From assembly GCA_963779315.1 (NCBI GenBank), contig CAVZXQ010000003.1, forward strand, positions 162,447 to 226,446: a DNA stretch of 64,000 nucleotides, read 5' to 3'. Made by a program: the position numbers and the translations under genes. Below, in pieces: positions 42,577 through 57,246 of the stretch. The stretch is from an uncultured Chloroflexia bacterium (lineage in GTDB: Bacteria > Chloroflexota > Limnocylindria > Limnocylindrales > CSP1-4). Every line of letters begins with the position of its first letter. Within the stretch, counting starts at the first letter, position 1. The notes below the pieces were generated by a model. That model did not search any database, was not told where the DNA came from, and saw only the letters and a list, made by a program, of their open reading frames with translations.

Positions 42577-43998
42577 TCAGGCGCAGAAGCGGCGGACCAC
42601 GTCGTACAGGACCGGCAGGCCCCAGCGCAGCGCCTCGACGCAGACCCGCTCGTCGACGCCGTGGAACCGCTCGAGGAAGCGCTCGTCCGGCTCGAGCCGG
42701 AGCGGCGAGAACCCGTAGGTCGGGACGCCGAGGTCGGCGGTGTGCTTGGCGTCCGTGGCGAACGGCGCCATGACCGGCAGCGGGATCCCGTCCGGATCGT
42801 GGTCGCGGATCGTCGCGACGAGGAGGTCGAACAGCGGGCCGTCCGCGGGCGCCTCGACCGGCTCGCCCCAGACGATCAGCTCGATGGTGCAGGCGGCGGC
42901 GAGGTCCGGCCCGAGCCGCTCGATGAGCCGGGCTCGGCATCGCGGGCTCGGTCGTGCCCGGCAGGACCCGGCAGTCGACCTCGATCATCGGCGTCGCCCG
43001 GGATGACGTTGTACTTGACGCCGGCGTGGATGACGTCCGGGCTGATCGTGTCGCGCAGGAGGGCCCGCAGCGCGCGGGCGTACATCGGGTCGCACAGCCC
43101 GTCGAGCGCCGCCTCGGTGAGCGCGTCGTCCCCGGCGCCGAGCGCCCGGGCCACCCGGGCCGCGTCCGGCGGCAGCGCCGCCGCGGCCGCCTCGAGGAAG
43201 CGGGCCATGACCGGCGTGAGCCGGGTCGGTCTCCGGGCCGGCGAGGCGCGCGATGACTGCCGCGGCCAGGACGGCCGCGTTGTCCTCGCGCGGCATCGAG
43301 CCGTGGCCCCACGTCCCGCGGACGTGGATCCGGTAGGCCGCGAAGCCCTTCTCGGCGACCTGGATCGGGTAGAACCGCGTGCCGGCGACGGTCGTCGAGA
43401 CGCCGCCGCACTCGTTGAGGGCGCCCGCCGCCGCGAGCCAGTCGGGGCGGTTGCTCGGCGACCCACTCGCGCCCGGCCAGGCCGCCGGCCTCCTCGTCGG
43501 CGGTGCAGGTGAACAGGACGTCGCGGCGCAGGCCGGGGATCGGGTCGCGGGCCGGGTCGAGGCCGGCGGCCCGCGCCTCGGCCGCGAGCAGCCGGACGAC
43601 CGCCGAGCTCCATGCGCGACCATCGCCTTCATGTCGACCGCGCCGCGGCCGTAGACGTAGCCGTCGGCGAGGTCGGCGGCGAACGGGTCGTGGGTCCAGC
43701 GCTCGGGCGGGGCCGGGCACGACGTCGAGGTGCGACAGGAGCAGGAGCGGCTCGCCGCCGGTGCCGTCGCCGCGCAGCCGGACGTGGACCGAGCCGCGAC
43801 CGGGGACCGGCTCGACGATCTCCGGGGTCAGGCCGGCGGCCAGTCAGGACGGCCGGCGAGGTAGCGCGCGGCGACGAGTCTCGCCGTCGGGCGCGTCCGG
43901 CGCCGGCGGGTTGACCGACGGGATCCGGATCAGGTCGCGCAGCGTCGCCGACGAGATCGCTCGTGGCGACGGTCCCAGTCGATGGTCGCCGCGGCCAC
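42577..43998 (-). CDS. M20 family metallopeptidase/aminoacylase (frameshifted)
   Basis: SHLDVV, GRGAVDMK, ADEEAGG, GHGSMP and FHGVDER. Confidence 0.88.
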
Positions 43999-44000
43999 GA

Positions 44001-44256
44001 TCAGAATCGCGGCCTGCGGCGAGGGCGATCGCGATGCCGATGACGAAGCCGGCGAGGACGATGACCACGACCATGATCACGAGGAGTCGCCCGTAGTAGC
44101 GATCGACGCGCCAGGGCCGGTCCCGGGTCCGGGTCCTCGCCGCCGGCGATGTAGGGGGCGTTCGAGCCCGCGGGCCCGGGCCAGCTCGGCGCGCGGCGAG
44201 TCGTAGAGGTCCGGATCCGGTGGAAGTGGGGCGGCAGGCCGGGGCGTGTCCGTCAT
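44001..44256 (-). CDS. Small membrane protein (frameshifted)
   Basis: Short ORF pieces with a C-terminal TM helix. Confidence 0.55.
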
Positions 44257-44299
44257 GCGTCCATCATGCCGCGACGCACCGGTCCGCGCACGATGCGAG

Positions 44300-45203
44300 T
44301 CATCCGGCGGCCCGCAACGGCATCGGCGATCTCCCGGGCCGCTTCGTCGCACCGCCCGCGGGCCGCCCGCCGGCGGGATCCCGATGATCACGTGGGTCGC
44401 GCCACCGCGTCGCGCCTCGATCGCGGCGGCGAGCGCCAGCGCGTCGGTGTTCCGGCGTCGTCCCGGCCGGCACCTGGGCGACGAGGGCGAAGCCGGACGG
44501 GTCCCGGCCGATGGCGTCCATGGCCGCCAGCAGCGCATCGCGCCTGTCGAGGAAGTAGGTCATGTCCGTCTCGGACTTGTCGGGCAGGACGGCCGGCAGG
44601 ATCCAGCCATCGGCCAGTTCCGCGGCGAGCGCGATCCCGCGACGCTTCTGGCCGCCGAGCCAGATCGGCGGGCCGCCCGGCCTGACGGTCGGCGGGTCGT
44701 TGGTGGCGCCGCTCAGCGGGAAGAACGGGTCCGCCCGGGTCACGCCGGCCGGCGTCGCCGCCTCGTCCGAGAACAGGGCCTTGATCGTCCGCACGGCCGA
44801 CTCGTACCGATCGAAGCGCTCCGGCATCGGCGGGAACGGGATCCCGAGCGGCAGGTGCTCCGGCTCGAACCAGCCGGCGCCCAGGCCGAGGATGAAACGG
44901 CCGCCCGTGACATGGTCCATGACCGTCGCGGCCTTGGCCGTGACCGTCGGGTGCCGGAAGGTGGTGGACAGGACGGCGTGGCCGAGCCAGCGCCCCGGCA
45001 CGTGATGGGCGAGGGCCGCCATCGCCGTGACCGCCTCCCAGCTCGCGCCCGCGCGTGTCCTTCCCGATGTCCGTCAGGTGGTCGTTCATCCAGACCGACT
45101 CGAAGACGTCCTGCTCGCCGATCCGCGCCCAGACGGCCTCGAGGGTCGCCCAGTCCACGGCCTGGGGCGATGTCTTGATCCCGACGTGCAGGTCGCCGCT
45201 CAT
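44300..45203 (-). CDS. LLM-class flavin/F420-dependent oxidoreductase (frameshifted)
   Basis: SVWMNDH, GGRFILGLGAGW and PPIWLGG. Confidence 0.88.
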
Positions 45204-45221
45204 CGGACGGTCACCCGGTCG

Positions 45222-46969
45222 TCATCGCTGGCGCAGGTTCGCCGCCATCCGCGGTCCGGTGGTCACCGCGCCCTCGGAGGCCGAACCGACGAGCGCCGCG
45301 TACTTGGCCATGACGCCGCCCGTGTAGTGCGGCTCCGGAGGGCGCCAGGCGCGCGAGCCGTCGCGCGATCTCGTCGGCCGGGACGTCCAGGTCGAGCGCC
45401 TTGCGATCGACGTCGATGACGATCGTGTCGCCCTCGTGGACCGCGGCGATCGGGCCGCCGAGGGCCGCCTCCGGCGCGACGTGGCCGATCATCAGTCCGT
45501 GCGTCCCGCCCGAGAACCGGCCGTCGGTGATGAGCGCGACCGAATCGCCGAGGCCCTCGCCGACGAGCGCTGCCGTGACGCTGCAGCATCTCCTGCATGC
45601 CGGGGCCGCCGACCGGACCCTCGTAGCGGATGACGACCACGTCGCCCGGCTTGATCTTCCGGTCGCGGACGGCCTCGTAGCAGTCGGTCTCCGAATCGAA
45701 GACGCGAGCCGGCCCGCGATGCTCCCGTCGCTCGTGGCCGGCGAGCTTCACGACGCAGCCTTCCGGGGCGAGCGAGCCGTGCAGGATGGCCAGCCCGCCG
45801 GTCGCCTTGAGCGGCGACTCGATCGAGCGAACGACCGCCTGGCCGGTCGTCTCGACGGCGGCCGCGGCGATCTCGGCGATCGTCCGGCCATCGACGGTCG
45901 GGGCGTCGCCGTGGAGCAGGCCCGGCCGGCGCAGGAGCTCGCGCATGACGAGGCCCACGCCGCCGGCGTCGTACAGGTCCGCCGCGGTGTAGCGACCGCC
46001 CGGCTGCAGGTCGGCGATGACCGGCGTCCGGTCGGCGATGGCCCCGAATTCGTCGATGTCGAGCGCGATGCCGTACTCGTGGGCGATCGCCAGCAGGTGC
46101 AGGACGCCGTTGGTCGAACCGCCGGTCGCCGCCACGGAGGCGATCGCGTTCTCGAGCGAGTCGCGGGTCACGAACCGTGACGGCCGGGCGTCGCGCCGGA
46201 CGAGGTCCATGACCAGCTCGCCGGCACGTCGGGCGGCGTCGTCCTTGGCCGGATCCTCGGCCGGGATGCCGTTGAGGCCCGCCGGCGAGAGGCCCGAGGA
46301 ACTCCAGGACACCGCGTCATCGTGTTGGCCGTGAACTGGCCGCCGCAGGCGCCCGGTCCCGGGCAGGACAGGCTCTCGACCTCGTACAGCTCGTCGAGCG
46401 TGATCTTGCCGGCGCGGTAGGCTCCGATCGCCTCGAAGACGGACACGACGGTCGCGTTGCGCTCGCCGCGGAGCGTCCCCGGGTAGATCGTCCCGCTGTA
46501 CAGGATCAGGCCGGGGACGTCGAGGCGGCCGAGGGCCATGGCGGCGCCGGGTCCGGTCTTGTCGCAGCCGACGACGCACACGACCCCGTCGAGCAGCTGG
46601 CCGCGCACGACCAGCTCGATCGAGTCGGCGATGACCTCGCGGCTGACGAGACAGGCCTTCATCCCCTCGGTGCCCATCGTCACGCCGTCGCTGACGCTGA
46701 TCGTGTTGAACTCCATCGGCGTGCCGCCCGCCGCGCGGATGCCGGCCTTGACGTGCTCGGCGAGGCGCCGCTGGTTGTAGTTGCACGGCATCGTCTCGAT
46801 CCAGCGTCGTGGCGACGCCGATGAGCGGCTTGGCGAGGTCCTCGTCGGTGAACCCGATGGCCTTGAGCATGCCGCGCGCGGCGGCTCGGTCCGGCCCGTC
46901 GGTCAGCGCGGCCGAGTGGCGCTTGGCCGGGTCCGAGGGACGGGAGTAGGGATGGGACGCGTCGGGCAT
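45222..46969 (-). CDS. ilvD: Dihydroxy-acid dehydratase (frameshifted)
   Basis: [30 protein letters not shown] and TDGRFSG. Confidence 0.95.
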
Positions 46970-47022
46970 CGGGGTAGGTCCTGTGCGGTGTGCCAGCGCA
47001 GGTCAAGTGTATGGCCCGACGC

Positions 47023-48215
47023 TCAGCGGAGGCACGCTCCAGTGTCCACCGCGCTCGTCCGGCCGATCCCGGGCGCGATCGCGACCGCCACGGCGGTCGG
47101 CGACAGGGCGTAGCCGACGTCGTCGTTGGTCCGGGCCTCGGCGAAGACGACGCCGCCCACCGTCCCGTCCTCCAGGACGAGCGGCCCGCCGCTGTCGCCG
47201 CGGTCGATCGCGGCGCGCAGCTCGAGGATGTCGCGCCGGACCCGGTCCTCGCCGTAGATGTCCAGGCCCGTCGCCGGGTAGCGCCCGGTCACGGCCGCCG
47301 GGAGGATCGTCAGGGCGCCACCGCCCGGGATAGCCGAGGGCGGCCGCGATCGCGCCACGGCCCGGGTCCTGCGCCGCGAACCGGAGCGCCGGGCAGGTCG
47401 AGGTCACGCGCATGCAGGAGCGCGACGTCCAGGCTCGGGTCGAACAGGACCGGGACGGCGTCGTACACGCCGGCCCTCGGCATCGGTGACGCGGATCCCG
47501 TCGGCGTCCGCCCCGGCCACGACGTGCGCATTGGTCACGACGTACCCGTCCGCGATCGACGAACCCGGACCCGACCGATCCGACGCCGCAGGTGCCGGCC
47601 GAGACCTTGAGCGTGCTTGCCTCGGCGGCGGCCGCGATCGCGCGCGCGGCGGGTCGGTCGGCCGATCCACCTCGGGTGCCGGCAGCGGCTCGAAGCCGAC
47701 GAAGACGTCCGGCAGCCCGGACGCGTCGAGGAGATCGCCGAGCTCGCCGGCGACCTCGGTGACCGGCGGGAGCACGGCCGTGAGCGTCCGCACCGCTGTC
47801 GACGCCTGGGCGATCTCGGCCAGGCGCGGCAGCGGACCGACGACCGCGATGCTGCCGACCAGCCAGATCGATCAGCAGGGCCTGGGCCATGCCGACGACG
47901 GACGCCGCCGATGCGATCGGCGGCGCTGAGCACGCCCGTGCCGAGCGCACGCGCCGACCGCACGGCCCGACGGCCGACCCGAGCGACTCGCCGACGCCGA
48001 CCGCCAGCAGGAGCCCCACGATGACCACGATCGGGCGAAGGTCGCGTCGATGTCGCGGAGCGTGTCCCCGAACCACGGCAGGGCGAGGATCGCGATGACG
48101 CCGCCGCCGATCGCTCCCGAGGAGTCCGCCGATCTGCGGCAGCGCCCCGGACCGGAAGCCGAGGATGGCCGCGATGACCACGAGGGCGATGGCGACCAGG
48201 TCCACGGATGTTCAT
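47023..48215 (-). CDS. MarP-like membrane serine protease (CvpA plus trypsin; frameshifted)
   Basis: N-terminal TMs, VTNAHVVAG, LDVALL and GDSGGPL. Confidence 0.85.
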
Positions 48216-48238
48216 GTCGCCGTTCACGGATCCGTGCG

Positions 48239-48866
48239 TCAGGCCGCGCCCACCCGTGAGTCGATCCGGGCCGGGTGCAGGCCCTCCCAGGCGTCGATGT
48301 CGGGCTCCTTCGCCAGGAGGTAGCCGAGCTCGTCGGTCCCGGCGAGGATCATCTGCTTGGCGAACGGGTCGATGTCGAAGTCGAGGGTCCTGCCGTCCGG
48401 CAGCAGGACGCCCTGCTCGGCCAGGTCGACCGTGAACTCGGCGTCCGGGTCGCTCGGCCAGCAGCTCGAACAGGCGCGCGTGGGTCGCCGGCGTCCACGA
48501 CGATCGGCAGGACGCCGTTCTTGAGGCTGTTGCTGCGGAAGATGTCGGCGTACGACGTCGAGAGGATCGCCGCGGATGCCCCACGCGGTCAGGGCCCACG
48601 GCGCGTGCTCGCGCGACGAGCCCGCCCCGAAGTTGTCGCCGACGAGCAGGATCCTGCGGCCGGCCATCTCCGGCCGGTCCAGGACGAAGCGCGGCTCCTT
48701 GAGCGAGCCGTCCTCCTCGAACCGCCAGTCGCGGAAGAGGGCCTCGGCCAGGCCGTCCTTGTCGGTCACCTTGAGGTAGCGGGCCGGGACGATCTGGTCC
48801 GTGTCGACGTTCTCGGCCGGCAGCGGGACGGCCCGGCTGGTGAACATCCGTGAACGGCTCGGCCAT
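48239..48866 (-). CDS. leuD: 3-isopropylmalate dehydratase small subunit (frameshifted)
   Basis: NVDTDQIVP and [14 protein letters not shown]. Confidence 0.95.
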
Positions 48867-48868
48867 GG

Positions 48869-50320
48869 TCAGCGGCCCCCGACGGCCGGCGAGCGCCTCG
48901 ATGCCCGGGCAGTCGGCGCGGGTCGGCGACGACGCCGGCGATGGCGCTGGCGGCCGCGGTCAGCGGCGAGGCCAGGAACGTCCGGCCGCCCTTGCCCTGG
49001 CGGCCCTCGAAGTTGCGGTTGCTGGTGCTGACCGCGTACTGGCCCGGGCGTCAGCTGGTCGCCGTTCATCGCGATGCACATCGAGCAGCCGGCCTCGCGC
49101 CACTCGGCGCCGGCCGCCTTGAAGATCTCGGCCAGGCCCTCGCGCCTCGGCCTCGCGCTTCACCTCGTCCGAGCCGGGCACGACCATCAGCCGGACGCCG
49201 TCCGCGACGTGGCGGTCCTTGAGGACGCCGGCCGCCAGGCGCAGGTCGCTGATCCGGCCGTTCGTGCAGCTGCCGACGAAGACGACGTCGACCTTCTGGC
49301 CGAGGATCGGCTGGCCGGGCCGGAGGTCCATGTACTCGAGGGCGCGCTCCAGGGCGCGTCGCTGGCCCGGGTCCGCCTGGTCGCTCGGGCGACGGGACGC
49401 GGCTGGTGATCGGGATGCCCATCCCCGGGTTCGTGCCGTAGGTGACCATCGGCTCGAGCGTCGTCGGCGTCGATCGTGATCGACTTGTCGTAGGTGGCGC
49501 CGTCGTCGGTCGGCAGCCGCCGCCAGCGCGTCGACGGCCGCGTCCCAGGCTGCGCCCGCCGGCGCGTGCGGCCGGCCGTGCAGGTACTCGAAGGTCGTGT
49601 CGTCCGGGGCGATCAGGCCGGCCCGGGCGCCGCCCTCGATGCTCATGTTGCAGATCGGTCATCCGCTGCTCCATGGTCAGGCCGCGGATCGCCTCACCCG
49701 TGTACTCGAAGACGTGGCCGGTCCCGCCGCCGATGCCGATCCGGGCGATCAGCGGCGAGGATGATGTCCTTGGCGCTGACGCCCGGCGCGAGCGGCCGTC
49801 GACCCGGACCTCGTAGGTCTTCGGGTCGCGCTGGAGCAGGGTCTGGGTCGCGAGGACCATCTCGACCTCGCTCGTCCCGATCCCGAAGGCGAGCGCCCCG
49901 AAGGCGCCGTGCGTGCTGGTGTGCGAGTCGCCGCAGACGATCGTCATGCCGGGCTGGGTCAGGCCCAGCTGCGGCCCGATGACGTGGACGATGCCCTGGC
50001 TCGGCGAGCCGATGCCGTGGAGCGGGATGCCGAACTCGGCGCAGTTCGTCTCGAGCTGGCTGACCTGGGCCGCGGCCATGCGCGTCGAGCGATCGGCAGG
50101 CGCGCGGTCGTGGTCGGGATCGAGTGGTCGGCGGTGGCCACGGTCTGGCCCGGGCGGCGGACGCGCGAGGCCGCGGGCGCGCAGCCCGGAGAACGCCTGT
50201 GGGCTGGTGACCTCGTGGACGAGGTGGAGGTCGATGGCCAGGACGGCCGGCGCGCCGGGGTCCTGGGTGACGACGTGGTCGTCCCAGATCTTGTCGACGA
50301 TGGTGCGTGGTGGCGGTCAT
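48869..50320 (-). CDS. leuC: 3-isopropylmalate dehydratase large subunit (frameshifted)
   Basis: [26 protein letters not shown] and GCSMCIAMN. Confidence 0.95.
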
Positions 50321-50575
50321 GGCGGGAGCGTACCAGAGGGGCTCCGGGCCGGTCATGGGTCCTTCCGCGGTCGCGGTCCGAGTCGGAGCCGCGGTAGCGT
50401 AGCAGTAGCCCGGCCCGCGGCCGGCTCGCGGGCGCCGGCGACCGCCGGTAGCGGGCTCGCCTGGCGGCCCGGCGCGAGTCGAGCGTGGCTTGCGCGAATC
50501 GAGCGAAGGCTGCGTAGACTGCGCGGCACACCGCCCGGGCCATCGGTCCGTGCGGACGCTACAGGGAGACCAGAC

Positions 50576-50719
50576 TTGGGTCTGTTCGAACGGCGGGATC
50601 GCCGCCGCGTCGCCGTCGTGATCACGACGGACGGTCGGCGCGTCCACATGCCCATCGAACCGGCCGGTCTCGCCGACGTATCCCTCCTCGATCTCGCTTC
50701 GCTCGCTTCCCGGGCTTGA
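50576..50719 (+). CDS. Candidate ilv leader peptide (47 aa, TTG start)
   Basis: AGGGAG 7 nt upstream; VAVVI and LADVSLLDLASL clusters; precedes a terminator and ilvB. Confidence 0.45.
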   Translation: MGLFERRDRRRVAVVITTDGRRVHMPIEPAGLADVSLLDLASLASRA

Positions 50720-50814
50720 CGGCCTTCTTGGCCTCATTACCGGCTCCCGGCGGGAGAACGGAGGAACGCGGAGGAACGGGCGCTAGGCGCACACGAACCA
50801 CCGAAGACCGAAGG

Positions 50815-50842
50815 GACCCTCGCCGGGAGGCGAGGGTCTTTT
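50815..50842 (+). terminator. Intrinsic terminator (attenuator) upstream of ilvB
   Basis: GACCCTCGCC-GGGA-GGCGAGGGTC-TTTT, about 50 nt before the ilvB ATG. Confidence 0.85.
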
Positions 50843-50891
50843 GTATCCCGGTCCGCGACCGCGGCCGGACTCCAGGAGGCGAGACGACGCG

Positions 50892-52787
50892 ATGACGATG
50901 ACCAAGGGCGACGCGGCGACACCGCCGGGCACGGCCGCGGGTCCGGCCACGCCGGCCCGGGACGACGCAGCCACGTGCCCGAACGACGGGACGGCCGGCG
51001 CGCGCCGGCCGTCGAGCGGGCCCGCAAGGGGATGCTCCACGAGGCACGCGACCGCAAGCGGACCCGGATCGGCGCGGACGTCGTCTGCGAGGCGCTCCTC
51101 CGCCAGGGCGTCGACGTCTTCTTCAGCTACCCGGGCGGCGTCATCCTGCCGCTCTACGACGTCCTCGGCGACTACCCCGAGCTCCGCCACATCCTCGTCC
51201 GCCACGAGCAGGGCGGCGCCCACGCGGCCGACGGCTACGCCCGCGTGACCGGCCGGGTCGGCGTGTGCATGGGCACCTCCGGGCCCGGGCGCCACGAACC
51301 TCGTCACCGGCATCGGCACGGCGCTGCTGGACTCCGTGCCGATGGTCGCGATCACCGGCAACGTGCCGGCGGCGCTGATCGGCAAGGACGCCTTCCAGGA
51401 GATCGACATCAACGGCATCACCCTGCCGATGACCAAGCACAACTACCTCGTCCGCGACGCGGACGACCTGCCGCGGGTCCTCGCCGAGGCGTTCCACATC
51501 GCCCGGACCGGCCGGCCGGGCCCGGTCCACGTCGACATCACCAAGGACGCGCTCCAGCAGGAGACCCGGGCGCAGCACCCGACCGACGAGGAGGTCGTCG
51601 CCGGCCTGCCCGGCTTCCGCCCGAACCTGGACGGCCATCCGAAGCAGCTCAAGCTGGCCGCGGCCGAGATCGCCGCGGCCAAGCGCCCGGTCATCCTGGC
51701 CGGCCACGGCGTCCTCCACGCCGAGGCCTGGGACGACCTGCGTGGCCTTCGCCGAGAAGACCCAGATCCCGGTCGCCTGGACGCTGCTCGGGATCGGCGC
51801 GATGGACGAGGACCACCCGCTCGCCTACGGCTACATGGGGATGCACGGCTGGAAGCACGTCAACCGGGCGATCCAGTCCGCCGACCTGCTGATCGCCATC
51901 GGGATGCGCTTCGACGACCGGGTGACCGGCAACGTCCGGACCTACGCGCCGTACGCCCGGATCGTCCACGTCGACATCGACCCGGCCGAGATCGGCAAGA
52001 ACGTCGCCGTCGAGGTCCCGATCGTCGGCGACGCCGGACGCGTCCTGCGGGCCCTGACGCCGATGGTCGGCGGCCGTCGATCCGGCCGAGCGGGCCGACT
52101 ACCTCGACCAGCTCGCCGACTGGAAGGCGCGAGTCCGTCGCCTCGCAGCTGGCACGGCTCCGGCGCCTGGCGCGACGGGCCTGCTGACCGGCCGACTACG
52201 TCGTCGAGCGGATCGGCGAGCTGACCGACCACGAGGCGACCTACGTCGCCGACGTCGGCCAGAACCAGATGTGGCTCGCCCGCTACACCGGCTTCCGCCA
52301 GCCGAACAGCCACGTCAGCTCGGGCGGCCTCGGGACGATGGGCTTCAGCGTCCCGGCCGCGATGGGCGCCGCGCTCGGCCGGCCCGACCGCGAGACCTGG
52401 GCGATCACCGGCGACGGCGGCTTCCAGATGACGTTCCAGGAGCTGATGACCCTGGTCCAGGACCGCATCCCGGTCAAGATCGCCCTGCTCGACAACAAGA
52501 AGCTCGGGATGATCCGCCAGTGGCAGGAGATCATCTACGCCGGCAACTACCACTCGTCGCACCTGCCCGGGCCCGGACTTCGCCAAGCTCGCCGACGCGT
52601 TCGGGATCCCGGCCTTCCGGGCCCGGACGCCGGACGAGGTCGATCGGCGATCCGGGCCGCCCAGGCCGTCGACGGGCCGGCGCTCGTCTGGTTCGAGATC
52701 GCCGAGGAGCAGAACGTCTTCCCGATGATGCCGGCCGGCAAGGGCCTGTCCGACCTCATCGAGAAGTGGGGCGGGCCGGACGAATGA
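50892..52787 (+). CDS. ilvB: Acetolactate synthase large subunit (frameshifted)
   Basis: [28 protein letters not shown] and GDGGFQM. Confidence 0.95.
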
Positions 52788-53386
52788 GCGCCGACCAGGG
52801 ATCCGACGACCAGCTGCCCGCCGGCGTCGCCGCCCGCGCACAGCCGCCGCCGCCGGCGCGGGCGCTGCCGGGTGGCGGCGAGCTCCGTCGCCACGTGCTG
52901 GTGGCGCTCGTCCTGGACAAGCCCGGCGTCCTGAACCGGGTGGCCAGCCTGATGCGGGCGCGCAACTTCAACATCGAGTCGCTCGCGGTCAGCCACACCG
53001 ACCAGCGACGACATCAGCCGGATGACGATCACCCTCCACGGCGACGACGTCGCGGTCGAGCAGGCGACCAAGCAGCTCTACCGGCTGATCGACGTGCTCA
53101 AGGTCCAGGACGTCACCGCCGAGCCGACCGTCGAGCACGAGCTGGCCCTGGTCAAGATCCGGGCCACCGACGCCAACCGGGCGGAGATCCTCAGGATCGT
53201 CGAGCTGTCGCGCGGCCGGGTCGTGGACCTGACCGATGGCTCGGTCATCGTCGAGGTGACCGGCACCGAGGCCGAGATCGACGCGTTCGTCGCGCTGGTC
53301 CGGACCTATGGCATCAAGGAGCTGGTCCGCACCGGGGCCGTCGTCATGGCCCGCGGCTCCGGGTCCATCGAGGAGGCGATCAAGCG

Positions 53387-53390
<4 letters not shown>
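52784..53390 (+). CDS. ilvN: Acetolactate synthase small subunit (frameshifted)
   Basis: DKPGVLNRVASL, FNIESL and ELVRTG. Confidence 0.93.
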
Positions 53391-56092
<2,702 letters not shown>

Positions 56093-56096
<4 letters not shown>

Positions 56097-57246
56097 CGGA
56101 GGGCGACCTCGACCTACCGGATCGCGACGATCCCGGGCGACGGGGTCGGGCCGGAGGTCGTGGCGGCCGCGCGGCGCGTCGTCGACGCGGCCGGCGGCGC
56201 GCTTCGGGTTCGCGCGTCGAGTGGTCCGAGTACCTCGTCGGCGGCGCGGCGATCGACGCGTACGGCGTGGCGATCCGGCCCGAGGACGTCGACGGCCTGC
56301 GGCGACGGCCGACGCGATCCTGCTCGGCGCGGTCGGCGGCCCGAAGTGGGCCGACCCGGCGGCCGCGGTCCGCCCGGAGCAGGCGCTCTTCGCCCTGCGC
56401 GGCGGGCTCGGCCTGTTCGCCAACCTGCGGCCGGTGACGCGTCCATCCGGCGCTCGCCGGCGTCGTCGCCGCTCCGCCCGGAGCTGCTCGACGGCGTGGA
56501 CATGCTCATCGTCCGCGAGCTGACCGGCGGGCGTCTACTTCGGGGACCGGACGCGAGGCGACCGGCGACCGGCGGCGAGCGGCACGCGCGCTCGACACGC
56601 TGCCGTACGCCGAGCCCGAGATCCGCGCGGATCGTCCGGCTCGCCTTCGAGCTGGCGCGCGGCGCGGCGCGGCACGTGACGTCAGCGTCGACAAGGCGAA
56701 CGTGCTCGCGACGTCGCGCCTGTGGCGGACGGTCGCCGACGAGGTCGCGCGCCGAGTATCCCGGACGTCGACGCTCAGCCACCAGCTGGTCGACTCGTGC
56801 GCGATGCTGCTGGTCCGCCGGCCGGCCGACTTCGACGTCATCGTCACCGAGAACCTGTTCGGCGACATCCTGTCGGACGAGGCGGCCGTCCTGGCCGGGA
56901 GCCTCGGGATGCTGCCGTCGGCGTCGCTCGGCGAGCGGCGGACCGACGCACGGCACGTTCGGCCTGTACGAGCCGATCCACGGCTCCGCGCCGGACATCG
57001 CCGGCCAGGACCAGGCCAACCCGATCGGGACGATCCTGTCGGCGGCGATGCTGCTGCGCTGTCGCTGGGCCGGGCCGACGCGGCCGAGGCGATCGAGGCG
57101 GCCGTCAGCGCGGCCCTCGACGACGGCTGGCGGACCGGCGACCTGGCCGATCCGGCGCGACGGGTCGGACGGGCTGGTGGTCGTCGGCACGACCGCCTTC
57201 GCGACGGCCGTCATCGATGCGCTCGGCGCGGCGGTCGCCGGCATGA
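56093..57246 (+). CDS. leuB: 3-isopropylmalate dehydrogenase (frameshifted)
   Basis: [24 protein letters not shown] and [12 protein letters not shown]. Confidence 0.95.
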
